In this document: one piece after another, positions 9,420 through 22,357 of the stretch
Position numbering within the stretch: position 1 is the first letter of the stretch
Layout: the number at the start of each line of letters is the position of its first letter
Source of the DNA: an uncultured Candidatus Binatia bacterium
GTDB taxonomy: Bacteria; Desulfobacterota; Binatia; UBA9968; JAJDTQ01
DNA: 64,000 nucleotides
Assembly (NCBI GenBank): GCA_965215605.1
Contig: OZ244070.1
Coordinates: 1,376,001 to 1,440,000, forward strand
Direction of reading: 5' to 3'
Translations under genes and position numbers: made by a program
The notes under the pieces: model-generated
What the model saw: the letters and a program-made list of their open reading frames with translations, nothing else
What the model was told of the DNA's origin: nothing
The model's database searches: none

Positions 9420-11267
9420 ATGCGATCGAGTGGGGTAATGGCGGCGGTATTGTGGGCGTTGATTTCGGTCCTTGTGCCCGGACTCGGAGGCTCGAGCGAA
9501 GAGGTTCGACCCAGCCATGGCATCGCCATGCACGGCGACCTCAAGTACGCGCCGGACTTCAGGCACTTCGACTACGTGAACCCGCGGGCGCCCAAGGGCG
9601 GGACGGTGCGGCTCCAGGCCATCGGCACCTTCGACAGCTTCAACCCCTTCATCGTCAAGGGAAGCCCGGCGGCGGGCATCGGGCGCATCTACGAGACCTT
9701 GATGGCCGGGTCGGCGGACGAGCCCTTCAGCGAGTACGGGCTGCTGGCGGAGAGCATCACGGTGCCCAAGGACCGCTCCTGGGTGCAGTTCACGCTGCAT
9801 GCGGAGGCGCGCTGGCACGACGGCAAGCCGGTGACCGCGGATGACGTGGCCTGGACCTTCGAGACGCTGATCACCAAGGCCGTCCCGTTCTACCGCGGCT
9901 ACTACGGCGACGTGAAGAAGGTCGAGAAGCTCGACCCACGGACCGTACGGTTCACCTTCGCCGGCGGCGCCAACCGCGAACTGCCGCTGATCCTGGGACA
10001 ACTGGTGGTGCTGCCGAAGCACTACTGGGCCGGCAGGGACTTCACCAAGACGACCCTGGAGCCGCCCGTGGGGAGCGGTCCGTACAAGATCGGCGCCTTC
10101 GAACCCGGACGCCACGTGGAGTACCAGCGGGTGGAGGACTACTGGGGCAAGGACCTGCCGGTGAACGTGGGGCGCAACAACTTCGACCGCATCCGCCACG
10201 ACTACTACCGCGACGGCACCGTGTCGGTGGAGGCATTCAAGGCCGGGGAGTACGACTTCCGCTACGAGAACAGCTCCAAGAACTGGGCCACCTCCTACGA
10301 CTTCCCGGCGCTGCGGCAGGGCCTGGTCAAGAAGGAGGAGATCCCGCACGACCGCTCCACCGGCATGCAGGCGTTCGCCATCAACACCCGCCGCCCGCTG
10401 TTCCAGGACCGCAAGGTCCGGCAGGCGCTGGCCTATGCGTTCGACTTCGAGTGGTCCAACCGGACCCTTTTCTACGGGCAGTACCAGCGCAACCGCAGCT
10501 ACTTCGACAACTCGGAGCTGGCGGCCGCCGGACCGCCGGGCCCGGCGGAGCTGGCGATCCTGAAGCCCTACCGCGGCCTGTTGCCCGAGGAGGTCTTCAC
10601 CAAGGCCTACGATCCGCCCGCCACCGACGGCTCGGGACGCATCCGCGCCAACCTCCGCCAGGGGTCGAAGCTGTTGCGGGAGGCCGGCTGGGGCATCGAC
10701 AAGACCACCCGCAAGCTCACCCACCAGGCCACCGGCCGGGTCATGGAATTCGAGATCCTGCTGGTAAGCCCGCTGTTCGAGCGCATCGTCCTTCCCTTCA
10801 AGAAGAACCTCGAACGGCTCGGGATCGCCGTCAGCGTGCGCACCGTGGACAGCGCGCAGTACCGCCGCCGTCTGGACGACTTCGACTTCGACATGGTCAT
10901 CGGAAGCTGGGGACAGTCCCTTTCCCCCGGCAACGAGCAACGCGATTACTGGGGGTCGGACTTCGCCGACCGGCCCGGCAGCCGGAACCTCGCGGGCATC
11001 AAGGACCCGGCCGTGGACGCGCTCATCGAGGGCGTGATCAACGCACCCGACCGCAAGAGCCTGGTCAACCACGTGCGCGCCCTGGACCGCGTGCTCCAGT
11101 GGGGCCACTGGGTGATCCCCCAGTGGCACATCCCCTACGACCGCCTGGTCTACTGGGACCGCCTCGGCCGCCCGGAGACGACCCCCACCCAGGGGGTACA
11201 GTTCGACACCTGGTGGGTCGACGCCAGGAAGGCGGAGGAGCTGGAAGCGAAGCGGTCAGGGGGCTGA
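9420..11267 (+). CDS. yejA: peptide ABC transporter substrate-binding protein (YejA-like)
   Basis: Signal peptide; HGIAMHGDLKY..DF.HFDYVNP.APKGG, FDSFNPFI, SPGNEQRDYWGS; GGAGG RBS. Confidence 0.88.
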   Translation: MRSSGVMAAVLWALISVLVPGLGGSSEEVRPSHGIAMHGDLKYAPDFRHFDYVNPRAPKGGTVRLQAIGTFDSFNPFIVKGSPAAGIGRIYETLMAGSADEPFSEYGLLAESITVPKDRSWVQFTLHAEARWHDGKPVTADDVAWTFETLITKAVPFYRGYYGDVKKVEKLDPRTVRFTFAGGANRELPLILGQLVVLPKHYWAGRDFTKTTLEPPVGSGPYKIGAFEPGRHVEYQRVEDYWGKDLPVNVGRNNFDRIRHDYYRDGTVSVEAFKAGEYDFRYENSSKNWATSYDFPALRQGLVKKEEIPHDRSTGMQAFAINTRRPLFQDRKVRQALAYAFDFEWSNRTLFYGQYQRNRSYFDNSELAAAGPPGPAELAILKPYRGLLPEEVFTKAYDPPATDGSGRIRANLRQGSKLLREAGWGIDKTTRKLTHQATGRVMEFEILLVSPLFERIVLPFKKNLERLGIAVSVRTVDSAQYRRRLDDFDFDMVIGSWGQSLSPGNEQRDYWGSDFADRPGSRNLAGIKDPAVDALIEGVINAPDRKSLVNHVRALDRVLQWGHWVIPQWHIPYDRLVYWDRLGRPETTPTQGVQFDTWWVDARKAEELEAKRSGG

Positions 11268-11298
11268 GGGGCCGGGCACGAGATGACGTAGCTACTCC

Positions 11299-12414
11299 AT
11301 GTTCGCCTACATCATCCGCCGGCTGCTGCTGATCGTGCCGACGCTGTTCGGCATCATGGTGCTGAACTTCGTGATCATCCACTCGGCGCCGGGGGGGCCG
11401 GTGGAGCAGCTCCTGGCGAAGCTCCAGCAGACCGACGTGTCCGCCACCGAACGGTTCAGCGGCGGCGGCGACCAGCGGGAGGCAGGGCCGTCGGCGCAGC
11501 AGTCCAGCGACGCCGGCAGCAGCGCCGCCGGGCGGTACCGGGGCGCCCGCGGCATCGATCCCGAGTTCATCAAGGAGATCGAGCGCCAGTTCGGCTTCGA
11601 CAAGCCGGCCCACGAGCGTTTCCTGCTCATGATGGGCAACTTCCTGCGCTTCGACTTCGGCGACAGCTTCTTCCGCGACCGCTCGGTGGTGCAACTGGTG
11701 ATGGACAAGCTGCCGGTGTCCATCTCGCTGGGCCTGTGGACGACCCTGCTGGTGTACCTGGTGTCGATTCCGCTGGGGGTGGCCAAGGCGGTGCGGGACG
11801 GCTCGCGCTTCGACATCTGGAGCTCGGGGGCGGTGATCGTGGGCAACGCGGTGCCGGGCTTCCTGTTCGCCATCCTGCTGATCGTGCTGTTCGCCGGCGG
11901 CCGCTACCTCGACTGGTTCCCGCTGCGCGGCCTGGTGTCGGACAACTGGAGCGAGCTGGGCTTCTGGCAGCGCATCACCGACTACCTCTGGCACATCACC
12001 CTGCCGGTGGCGTCCATGGTCATCGGCGGCTTCGCCGGCCTCACCATGCTCACCAAGAACTCGTTCCTGGACCAGATCAACCAGCAATACGTGATGACCG
12101 CCCGGGCCAAGGGGCTGAGCGAGCGCCGGGTGCTGTACCGCCACGTGTTCCGCAACGCCATGCTCATCGTCATCGCCGGCTTTCCCGGCGCCTTCGTCGG
12201 CATACTGTTCACCGGCGCGCTGCTCACCGAGGTGATCTTCTCGCTGGACGGCGTCGGCCTGCTGGGGTTCGAGGCGGCCATCAACCGCGACTATCCGGTG
12301 ATGTTCGGCACACTGTACTTCTTCACCCTGCTGGGGCTGGCGATGAAGCTGGTGGAGGACCTGACCTACGTGGTGGTGGACCCGCGCATCGACTTCGAGA
12401 GCCGGGAGACCTGA
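11299..12414 (+). CDS. yejB: peptide ABC transporter permease (YejB-like)
   Basis: [27 protein letters not shown] loop TARAKGL, DPRIDF C-terminus. Confidence 0.9.
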   Translation: MFAYIIRRLLLIVPTLFGIMVLNFVIIHSAPGGPVEQLLAKLQQTDVSATERFSGGGDQREAGPSAQQSSDAGSSAAGRYRGARGIDPEFIKEIERQFGFDKPAHERFLLMMGNFLRFDFGDSFFRDRSVVQLVMDKLPVSISLGLWTTLLVYLVSIPLGVAKAVRDGSRFDIWSSGAVIVGNAVPGFLFAILLIVLFAGGRYLDWFPLRGLVSDNWSELGFWQRITDYLWHITLPVASMVIGGFAGLTMLTKNSFLDQINQQYVMTARAKGLSERRVLYRHVFRNAMLIVIAGFPGAFVGILFTGALLTEVIFSLDGVGLLGFEAAINRDYPVMFGTLYFFTLLGLAMKLVEDLTYVVVDPRIDFESRET

Positions 12415-12436
12415 GCGCCCCCCTGGATTCAACCGC

Positions 12437-15148
<2,712 letters not shown>

Positions 15149-15313
15149 CGCGCCTGCCCCGGCGTTCTTGCCAAGACCCCTGCTCAGAAAAGTTTCCGGG
15201 AGGGCTAAGGAATGGCCGCCGGGAGCCGATTTATTCCTTGACAGTCGTTCCATTTACTGTTGCAGTTATCCTGAGTGGCGCGGGCCGCCCGCGAGCACCT
15301 CGCAGGTTGAAAC

Positions 15314-15865
15314 ATGGGTTTGATCGTTACCGAATTGTATGACGCGCTGATCGAGGCCGGGGCCACCGAGAGAAAGGCCCGGGCCGCGGCTGCCGCCATC
15401 CCCCTTACGGAACATCTCGCCACCAGGGAAGATCTCGTGGCCACCGGCCGGCAACTCGCGGATCGGACCGCCGGCCTAGGGGTCGATCTCGGACAGGGGA
15501 TCGCAGACCTCAGGACCGAGATCAAGGAAGACACCGCGAGCCTCAGAGCCGAAGTCGACCGGCAAATCACAGAACTCAGAGCAGAAATCAAACAAGAAAT
15601 CGCGGAACTCAGAGCCGAGATCAAGGAAGAGATCGCGGAACTCAGAGCCGAGGTCGACCGGAAAATCGCAGAACTCAGAGCAGAGATCAAGGAAGACATC
15701 GCGGAACTCAGAGCTGAGGTCGACCAGAAAATCGCAGAACTCAGAGCAGAGATCAAGGAAGACATCGCCAAGCTGGACAAGAGAATCGCAGTGCTGAACC
15801 TGGGGGTGTTCAGCTTCGGCCCGGCGATACTCGCTCTGCTGGTCAAGCTGGCCTTCTTCCCGTAG
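15314..15865 (+). CDS. DUF1640/CCDC90-like head-neck-stalk-anchor coiled-coil protein
   Basis: Head LYDALIEAG, neck LATREDL, about 8 11-aa repeats (IAELRAEIKED), C-terminal TM ending LLVKLAFFP. Confidence 0.8.
   Translation: MGLIVTELYDALIEAGATERKARAAAAAIPLTEHLATREDLVATGRQLADRTAGLGVDLGQGIADLRTEIKEDTASLRAEVDRQITELRAEIKQEIAELRAEIKEEIAELRAEVDRKIAELRAEIKEDIAELRAEVDQKIAELRAEIKEDIAKLDKRIAVLNLGVFSFGPAILALLVKLAFFP
15500..15770 (+). repeat. 33-bp coding tandem repeat (about 8 imperfect copies)
   Basis: Unit like atcgcggaactcagagccgagatcaaggaagag. Confidence 0.85.
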
Positions 15866-15919
15866 GCCGGTTCAGCCCCTTTTCCGGGCTCCGGGCAAGC
15901 TTGACCCGGGACTCGCGGT

Positions 15920-16714
15920 TCAACCGGTCGGTGACGGGAGCGGGACCCTCACGACTCCCTCGGGCAGTTTCTGGACGAAGTGGGATTCGGGCAGGGCGAT
16001 GTTCAGTTCCGGTTGATCGTAGCGGATCTGGTAAAAGCGCTGGAGCGGCGGGGTTTCCAGGGTGATCTTCAGGGGAAAGCGTCCGAACGGGGTGTCCGAG
16101 AAATCCTCGAAGGTGGCGACGTACCGGGGTTCCCCGTCGGGGCCGACGCGCCGCCAGCCGGTCGGCGCCTTGCCCTCCGGATCGAAGGTGAGGACGTCGG
16201 CGCCGCCGTCGGCGCGGGTGCGCCGCAATGCCAGCGACTTCGCGTCCCACCCGGCGCCGGAGTCCACCGGCGGCAGGCCCATGAGCAGGGCGACCATCTC
16301 GTCCAGCTCCAGGAGAATCTGGGTGGCGCGGAACAGGTTCTCACGGGAAGTCCTGCCGCGGTAGTAGCGCGCCTGGGACGGCAGGAACCCGGTGACGTGG
16401 CCGTCGTCCACGGTGACGATGAGCGAAGCGCCGACCACGGAGAACGCCTCGAGCCGCAGCCTGTGGGGTCTGCGCACCAGCACGGCGGCGTCGAAGGAGC
16501 CTTTTTCCCGGCTCACCCGATAGTTCACCCGGGCCAGGCTCCGGAGCGATTGCAGCGCCTGACTCCGCTCGGCCAGCCTTGAAGCGAGGCGGGGGTCGGG
16601 AAGGGCCGGGGGTTGGACCTTGGAGACGGGCGCGGGCTCGTGGACCACACACCCCGCCAGCAGGCCCCCGGCGCAAAGAATCGCCGCGATCTGGCCGATT
16701 CGCATCCTTCGCAT
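15920..16714 (-). CDS. outer-membrane lipoprotein, LolB/DUF4292-like fold
   Basis: Lipobox LLAGC; RPHRLRLEAFSVVG; position directly downstream of a TPR gene as in TPR-lolB loci. Confidence 0.65.
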   Translation of the reverse strand: MRRMRIGQIAAILCAGGLLAGCVVHEPAPVSKVQPPALPDPRLASRLAERSQALQSLRSLARVNYRVSREKGSFDAAVLVRRPHRLRLEAFSVVGASLIVTVDDGHVTGFLPSQARYYRGRTSRENLFRATQILLELDEMVALLMGLPPVDSGAGWDAKSLALRRTRADGGADVLTFDPEGKAPTGWRRVGPDGEPRYVATFEDFSDTPFGRFPLKITLETPPLQRFYQIRYDQPELNIALPESHFVQKLPEGVVRVPLPSPTG

Positions 16715-16718
16715 CCGG

Positions 16719-18455
16719 TCAAATCCCTTCGAGCTCGCGGATCTTCGAACCGATCCGCTTCACCTGCTCGGCCTCGGTGGCCGACTTGAGCGCGTCGCGA
16801 TAGCTTTGAAGCGCCTTGTCGGACTGGCCGGCCTTGACGTACGCGTCGCCCAGGTGCTCGATGATGACGGGGTCGTCCACCACCAGATGCACCGCCTTCT
16901 CGAGCTGCTCGATGGCCTTCGCGTAATCCCCCTTGCGGTAATAGACCCACCCCAGGCTGTCGATATAGAAGCCGTCGTTGGGAGCGATCTCCAGCGCCCG
17001 GATAATGAGCCGCTCGGCGCGGTCGATCTCGATGCCCAGATCGGCGTAGGTGTAACCCAGATAGTTCAGCGCGGCGGCGTTGTCCGGGTTCAACTCGATG
17101 GCCTTCTGCATGTGCTCGATGGTCCTGTCCTTGTCCTTGTTCTGGTCGTAGAGGGCGCCCAGCGCGAAGTGGAGCCGGTCGCTCTCGGGATCCAGCTCCA
17201 CCACCTTGTGCATGGTCTCGATGGCGTTGGGGAAGTCCCCGGCCTCGCGGTACAGCTCCGCGAGGAAGCGCAACAGCTCCTTGCGCCGCGGGCCGTCCCG
17301 GTCCAGGGCGGCCCGGACCGCGGCCACGGCATCCGGGAACCGTCCCTGCCGCTCGTGGATGGAGGCGAGCTGCACCCGCGAGTCGACGAAGTACTCACTC
17401 TCCGGAGGGATGCGCGAGAAATGCGCCACCGCCCTCTCGCCGTCCTCCAGCCGGCCGTAGGCCAGGCCCAGGAAGAAACGGGCGCGCTGGTCCTCCGGCC
17501 GTTCCATCAGGGCGAGGTTGAATTCCGTCACCGCCTCCTCGAGGCTGCCGAGCTCGTAGTGAACGAGCCCGACCTTCATGCGCACGGCGCCGGGCGCCGC
17601 CTCCACGGAGCGCAGGCGGTGAAACTCGGCGCGGGCTTCGGAGAGGTCCCGCCGGTCGGAACGAACCCGCCTCACGGCCCAGGCGTTCCGTGGATCGACC
17701 TTGAGAACCTTCCCGTAGGTCTCCAGCGCCGCGCTGCGCTTGCCGCGGAACTCGCGGACCAGCGCCAGCTCCGTCAGCACCGGGACGGACGAAGGGTGGA
17801 GCTTGAGCGCGGCCGCGTAGCTCTCTTCGGCGCCGCCCAGCTCCCCGGCCTCGGCCAGCACCCGGCCGAGGTAGTAGTGTCCCAGAGGCGATCCGGGATT
17901 GCGCTTGACGTATCGTTCCAGGTGCTCGCGCGCCTTGCCGGTCTCTCCCTGGCCGATCCGGATGGCGCCCAGGTAGAGGAGTGTCTGGGTGTCTTCGGGA
18001 TACAGATCGAGAAGCTTCCGGTACCACGGGACCGCCTGCGAGACCTCTCCGGCGGCGCCGTGCAACCCGGCCAGCAACCGGAGTCCGTCCCGGTTCTTGC
18101 CGTCGAGCCTCACCGCGGCCTCTGCCGCCGCCAGCGCCTTCTCCGCCTCTCCCAGGGCAAGCCAGGACCTGGCCAGTCGGGCATGCAGGAAAGCACTGGA
18201 CGGATCGTGCCGGCTGGCGGCCTCGAGATGCCGGTGCGCCGCTTGCGAATCGCCTCCGATCCGATCCAACCGGGCGCGCAGAAAGCGGTACATCGCCCCG
18301 GCCTCGGCCGGGACCGCGGCCTTTTCTTCATTCGCAAACGGGCCGGATGGCGCCTCGGGAACCGGCTCCACCGGGACGCAACCGGCCAGGAACCATGCGA
18401 AAACGATTCCCCAGCCAACGGACCGCAGGCTATTTCTTCGACGGGTAGTATGCAT
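16719..18455 (-). CDS. tetratricopeptide-repeat lipoprotein
   Basis: Lipobox FLAGC; many TPRs; ALNYLGYTYAD and YIDSLGWVYYR C-terminal motifs. Confidence 0.9.
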   Translation of the reverse strand: MHTTRRRNSLRSVGWGIVFAWFLAGCVPVEPVPEAPSGPFANEEKAAVPAEAGAMYRFLRARLDRIGGDSQAAHRHLEAASRHDPSSAFLHARLARSWLALGEAEKALAAAEAAVRLDGKNRDGLRLLAGLHGAAGEVSQAVPWYRKLLDLYPEDTQTLLYLGAIRIGQGETGKAREHLERYVKRNPGSPLGHYYLGRVLAEAGELGGAEESYAAALKLHPSSVPVLTELALVREFRGKRSAALETYGKVLKVDPRNAWAVRRVRSDRRDLSEARAEFHRLRSVEAAPGAVRMKVGLVHYELGSLEEAVTEFNLALMERPEDQRARFFLGLAYGRLEDGERAVAHFSRIPPESEYFVDSRVQLASIHERQGRFPDAVAAVRAALDRDGPRRKELLRFLAELYREAGDFPNAIETMHKVVELDPESDRLHFALGALYDQNKDKDRTIEHMQKAIELNPDNAAALNYLGYTYADLGIEIDRAERLIIRALEIAPNDGFYIDSLGWVYYRKGDYAKAIEQLEKAVHLVVDDPVIIEHLGDAYVKAGQSDKALQSYRDALKSATEAEQVKRIGSKIRELEGI

Positions 18456-18657
18456 GTAACGTTGCTATTCGTATTGAGAAAACTGCTATCACAGGTGTCA
18501 TGACCGGTCAACGAGGGCGCCCGACCGATGCAGATCCATTCGGAAACCGGGCTATCGAGCAGCCCTGCCGCCCGCTGGCGGCCGCGCTTGTTGACAGGCC
18601 CGCGGGCTGACATACATCATGAATGAATTCCGGGGCGCGGGTTGAAGGAGCTCGACG

Positions 18658-20676
18658 GTGACCGATTCGCCGGAGGCGTTGAAGGCAGAGATCCGGGAGT
18701 TGACCGACAAGGTGGCGGAGCACGGCTACCGCTACCACGTCCTGGACGACCCGCGAATTACCGATTCCGAGTACGACGAGCTGTTCCGGCGTCTGTCGAA
18801 GCTGGAGCGGGAGCATCCGGAGCTGGCCCTGCCCAACTCGCCCACGGCCAAGGTGGGGGGGCCGCCGCTGGACAGGTTCACCACCGTGCGGCACACCCTG
18901 CCGATGCTGTCGCTGGACAACATCACGAACCGGGACGAGCTGGCGGAGTTCGAACAGCGGATCCAGCGTTTTCTCAAGACCGCCGACCCGCTGGAATACG
19001 TGGTGGAGCCCAAGATCGACGGCGTCGGCGTCGAGCTGGTGTACGAGGACGGCGAACTGGCGGTGGCCTCCACCCGGGGGGACGGGGTCGACGGCGAGGA
19101 CATCACCCAGAACGTCCGCACCATCCGCTCCGTGGCCCTGTCGCTGCGCCGGGACGGGGCGCCGGCGCCGCGGCTGCTGGCGGTGCGCGGCGAGGTATTC
19201 TATCCCACCGCGGGCTTCCAACGCCTCAACCGGGATCGGGAGGAAGCCGGCGAGTACGTGTTCGCCAACCCCCGCAACGCCGCCGCCGGCGCGCTCAAGC
19301 AACTGGACTCCAAGATCACCGCCAGCCGCCCGCTGGACCTCTTCTGCCACGGCATGGGCGCGGTGGAGCCGGCGTCGTTCGCCAGCCAGGCGGATTTCCT
19401 TTTCAAGCTGGAGGAATGGGGGCTCAAGCCGGTGCCCCTCACCCGGGCGTGCCGGGGCGTGGACGAGGTGGTCGCCTATCAGGAGGAGATGGAAGGCCAG
19501 CGCGACGCGTTGCCCTACGAGATCGACGGCGTGGTGCTCAAGGTCAACAGCCTGGAGCTGCAGCGGCGCCTGGGGCAGATCGCCCGCTCGCCGCGCTGGG
19601 CCATGGCTTACAAGTTCAAGCCGCGCCAGTCCACCACCCGCATCCTCGACATCCAGCCCCAGGTGGGGCGCACCGGCGCGCTCACGCCGGTGGCCAGCCT
19701 CGAGCCGGTTCAGTTGGCGGGGGTCACGGTGCGGAACGCGTCGCTGCACAACATGGACGAGATCCAGCGCAAGGACATCCGCGTCGGCGACACCATCGTC
19801 ATCGAGCGCGCCGGCGACGTGATCCCCTACGTGGTGCGGGTGCTCGCCGGCGAGCGCGGCGGCGGCGAGCGGCCCTTCGAGATGCCGGCCCAGTGCCCCA
19901 TGTGCGGCTCCCGGGTCTACCGCGAGGAGGGCGAAGCCGCCTACCGTTGCGTGGGGCTGTCGTGCCCGGCCAAGCTGAAGCAAAGCCTCGAGTTCTTCGG
20001 CTCCCGCCACGCCCTGGACATCGAGGGGCTGGGCGAGAAGCTCATCGACCAGTTGGTGGAGAAGAAGCTCGTGGCGGACAGCGCCGACCTCTTCGGGCTC
20101 GACGAGGACACGTTGTCGTCACTGGAGCGCATGGGGGCCAAGTCGGCGCAGAATCTGATGCGGGAGCTGGAACGCAGCAAGGACGCCACGCTGTCGCGGT
20201 TCGTCACCGCCCTGGGGATACGGCACGTGGGCGAAGCCACGGCCAAGGTGCTGGCGGAGCACTTCGGCACCCTGGACGGCATCATGGGCGCGGGCGAAGA
20301 GGCCCTCACGGAGGTGCGGGACATCGGCCCGGAGGTGGCCAAGAGCATCGCCGGCTTTTTCGCGGACGCGGGCAACCGAGGGGTCATCGACAAGCTGCTG
20401 GCCCACGGTTTCCAGCTCAAGGCGGAGGCCCGGGCCGAGGGGGCGCTGAGCGGGAAGAGCTTCGTGCTCACGGGGAGCCTGGAGACCATGTCCCGCAGCG
20501 AGGCGCAGAAGATGATCGCGGCCCTGGGGGGGCGGGTGTCGGGGAGCGTCAGCGGCAAGACCGATTACGTGGTGGTGGGTGCGGACCCGGGGTCGAAGGC
20601 GGCCAAGGCGGAGGAGATGGGGGTCCGGGTTCTTGACGAGGATGGGCTGCGGGCTTTGCTGGAGGGGGGGGGCTGA
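18658..20676 (+). CDS. ligA: NAD-dependent DNA ligase
   Basis: EPKIDG adenylation motif, TRGDG, FANPRNAAAG, C4 zinc finger, HhH motifs, BRCT; AAGGAG RBS before GTG. Confidence 0.98.
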   Translation: MTDSPEALKAEIRELTDKVAEHGYRYHVLDDPRITDSEYDELFRRLSKLEREHPELALPNSPTAKVGGPPLDRFTTVRHTLPMLSLDNITNRDELAEFEQRIQRFLKTADPLEYVVEPKIDGVGVELVYEDGELAVASTRGDGVDGEDITQNVRTIRSVALSLRRDGAPAPRLLAVRGEVFYPTAGFQRLNRDREEAGEYVFANPRNAAAGALKQLDSKITASRPLDLFCHGMGAVEPASFASQADFLFKLEEWGLKPVPLTRACRGVDEVVAYQEEMEGQRDALPYEIDGVVLKVNSLELQRRLGQIARSPRWAMAYKFKPRQSTTRILDIQPQVGRTGALTPVASLEPVQLAGVTVRNASLHNMDEIQRKDIRVGDTIVIERAGDVIPYVVRVLAGERGGGERPFEMPAQCPMCGSRVYREEGEAAYRCVGLSCPAKLKQSLEFFGSRHALDIEGLGEKLIDQLVEKKLVADSADLFGLDEDTLSSLERMGAKSAQNLMRELERSKDATLSRFVTALGIRHVGEATAKVLAEHFGTLDGIMGAGEEALTEVRDIGPEVAKSIAGFFADAGNRGVIDKLLAHGFQLKAEARAEGALSGKSFVLTGSLETMSRSEAQKMIAALGGRVSGSVSGKTDYVVVGADPGSKAAKAEEMGVRVLDEDGLRALLEGGG

Positions 20677-20793
20677 GGGGCGGGGTGGAGAGGATGGGGG
20701 TGTGGATGGGGGTGTGGTGTGGAGGAAGGGGGTGTGGTGTGGAGGAAGGGGCGGGGAGGACCGGGCGTGGAGGACCGGGCGTGGAGGACCGGC

Positions 20794-20925
20794 GCAGGGA
20801 TCGGGGCAGGGATCGGGGCAGGGATCGGGGCAGGGATCGGGGCAGGGATCGGGGCAGGGATCGGGGCAGGGATCGGGGCAGGGATCGGGGCAGGGATCGG
20901 GGCAGGGATCGGGGCAGGGATCGGG
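20794..20925 (+). repeat. 12-bp tandem repeat (GCAGGGATCGGG) x11
   Basis: Eleven identical units counted directly. Confidence 0.95.
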
Positions 20926-20987
20926 GGCAAGGCCCCGTGATGATGGAGGGCGGACCCAACATCATCACGGGGCCTTGCCCCCGATCC
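20918..20987. repeat. perfect 28-bp inverted repeat (long hairpin)
   Basis: ggatcgggggcaaggccccgtgatgatg (20918-20945) / catcatcacggggccttgcccccgatcc (20960-20987). Confidence 0.92.
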
Positions 20988-21091
20988 TTGGCAGCGGCGT
21001 CGTGCCGGGGCCTGACCCCGGGTTCGGCTCTGTCTTCACCCCGGGTTTGACCGGGGGTGACGGAGGCAGGGGGCCGGGACAGGTTCGGATT

Positions 21092-21925
21092 ATGCTTTAC
21101 GTGGTTGCGACGCCCATCGGCAATCTGGAGGATATCACGTTGCGCGCGTTGCGGGTGCTGCGGGAGGTGGATCTTATTGCGGCGGAGGATACCCGGCAGA
21201 CCCGGAAGCTGCTGGCCCGGTACGACATCGACACGGCGGTCACGAGCTACCACGAGAACAATGAGCGCGCCAAGGCGGATGCGCTGGCGCGGCGGCTGGA
21301 GGCGGGGGAGGATATTGCGCTGGTTTCGGACGCGGGCACGCCTACCATCTCGGACCCGGGGTATCATCTGATCCGGGCGGCGGCGGAGAAGGGGGTGGCG
21401 GTGACACCGGTGCCGGGGGTGTCGGCGGCGGTGGCGGCGCTGAGCGTGAGCGGGCTGGCCACGGACCGGTTCGTGTTCCAGGGGTTCCTGCCGGCGCGGC
21501 AGGGCAAGCGGCGGGAAACCCTGCGGCAACTTCAGGGCGACGACCGGACGCTGGTGTTCTACGAGGCGCCGCACCGGATCCGGGAGGCGCTGGCGGACAT
21601 GCACGAGGTGTTGGGGGACCGGGCCGCGGCGGTGGGCCGGGAGCTGACCAAGGTGCACGAGGAGTTGCTGCGGGGGACGCTGTCTCAACTGGCGGAAGCA
21701 CTGGAAGAGACTCCCGCGCGTGGGGAGTTCGTCATCGTTGTGGAGGGGCGCGGCGAGACGCCGCGGGTGGACGAGGAGGCATTGCGGGCGGAGATCGGAA
21801 AGCTCCTGGAGGCCGGCCGCTCGGCCAACGACGCGGCCAAGCTCATCGCGCAGACGTTTTCGCTGGTGAAACGGGACGTCTACAGGTTGGTGCTGGAGGT
21901 TGCCAAGCGGCGGTTGCGACCCTAG
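21092..21925 (+). CDS. rsmI: 16S rRNA (cytidine1402-2'-O)-methyltransferase
   Basis: LYVVATPIGNLEDIT.RAL, AAEDTR, VSDAGTP.ISDPG, RELTK.HEE. Confidence 0.96.
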   Translation: MLYVVATPIGNLEDITLRALRVLREVDLIAAEDTRQTRKLLARYDIDTAVTSYHENNERAKADALARRLEAGEDIALVSDAGTPTISDPGYHLIRAAAEKGVAVTPVPGVSAAVAALSVSGLATDRFVFQGFLPARQGKRRETLRQLQGDDRTLVFYEAPHRIREALADMHEVLGDRAAAVGRELTKVHEELLRGTLSQLAEALEETPARGEFVIVVEGRGETPRVDEEALRAEIGKLLEAGRSANDAAKLIAQTFSLVKRDVYRLVLEVAKRRLRP

Positions 21926-21944
21926 ACCCGGGGAGGTCCTGCCA

Positions 21945-22232
21945 TCAAGCCCGGCTGGCTCGGATCTCTCCCCGCAACTCGGAGAACTCCCGCGCCAGGT
22001 CGTGAAGCTTCTTCTGCAAACCGTCTATCCTGCCTTCCAGGCGATCGATCCTGATTTCCAGACGGTCGATCCTGACCTCCAGGTGGTCGATCCTCGCGTC
22101 GAGTCGGTCGATCCTGCCTTCCAGACGATCGATCCTCGTGTCCAGACGCGTCTCGAGCCGGACCATTACCCGCCAGTTGAAAGCGGCAAGGGCTATGCCG
22201 ACCCCGATTATTGTGATCATCTCACCCGTCAC
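21945..22232 (-). CDS. small N-terminally anchored coiled-coil protein with 7-aa repeats (RIDRLEG)
   Basis: TM IITIIGVGIALAAF then 21-bp repeats; GAGGA RBS 6 nt before GTG; own promoter. Confidence 0.75.
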   Translation of the reverse strand: MTGEMITIIGVGIALAAFNWRVMVRLETRLDTRIDRLEGRIDRLDARIDHLEVRIDRLEIRIDRLEGRIDGLQKKLHDLAREFSELRGEIRASRA

Positions 22233-22267
22233 GTGCCGTCCTCAAATGCCGTGCGTGAATATGTCCC

Positions 22268-22296
22268 ATACTAGTTAATTCGGCATGAGCGGTCAA
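22268..22296 (-). promoter_or_regulatory. sigma70 promoter of the small coiled-coil gene
   Basis: Minus strand TTGACC-N17-TAGTAT. Confidence 0.65.
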
Positions 22297-22315
22297 TTCT
22301 TTAATTGTCGTTTTC

Positions 22316-22335
22316 AAAAAGGCGGAACTGCCGCC
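22316..22335 (-). terminator. intrinsic terminator after nadE
   Basis: Minus strand GGCGG-CAGTT-CCGCC-TTTTT. Confidence 0.6.
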
Positions 22336-22357
22336 CAAACCCCTGGAAGCGAGGGAG

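Noticed and set aside
15238-15272. TTGACA upstream of the 15314 coiled-coil gene as a sigma70 promoter
   Set aside because: No -10 hexamer at 16-18 bp spacing
15866-15940. REP-like fragment cttgacccgggac resembling the 21000-21065 element
   Set aside because: Too short and degenerate to establish a repeat family from this window
20794-20925. Repeat array as a CRISPR
   Set aside because: 12-bp units are contiguous, with no spacers and no cas genes in the window
20579-21091. GSGQ-repeat N-terminal extension of RsmI and other ORFs across the VNTR
   Set aside because: Stop-free frames are expected in a G-rich 12-bp repeat; RsmI homology starts at MLYVVATP (21092)
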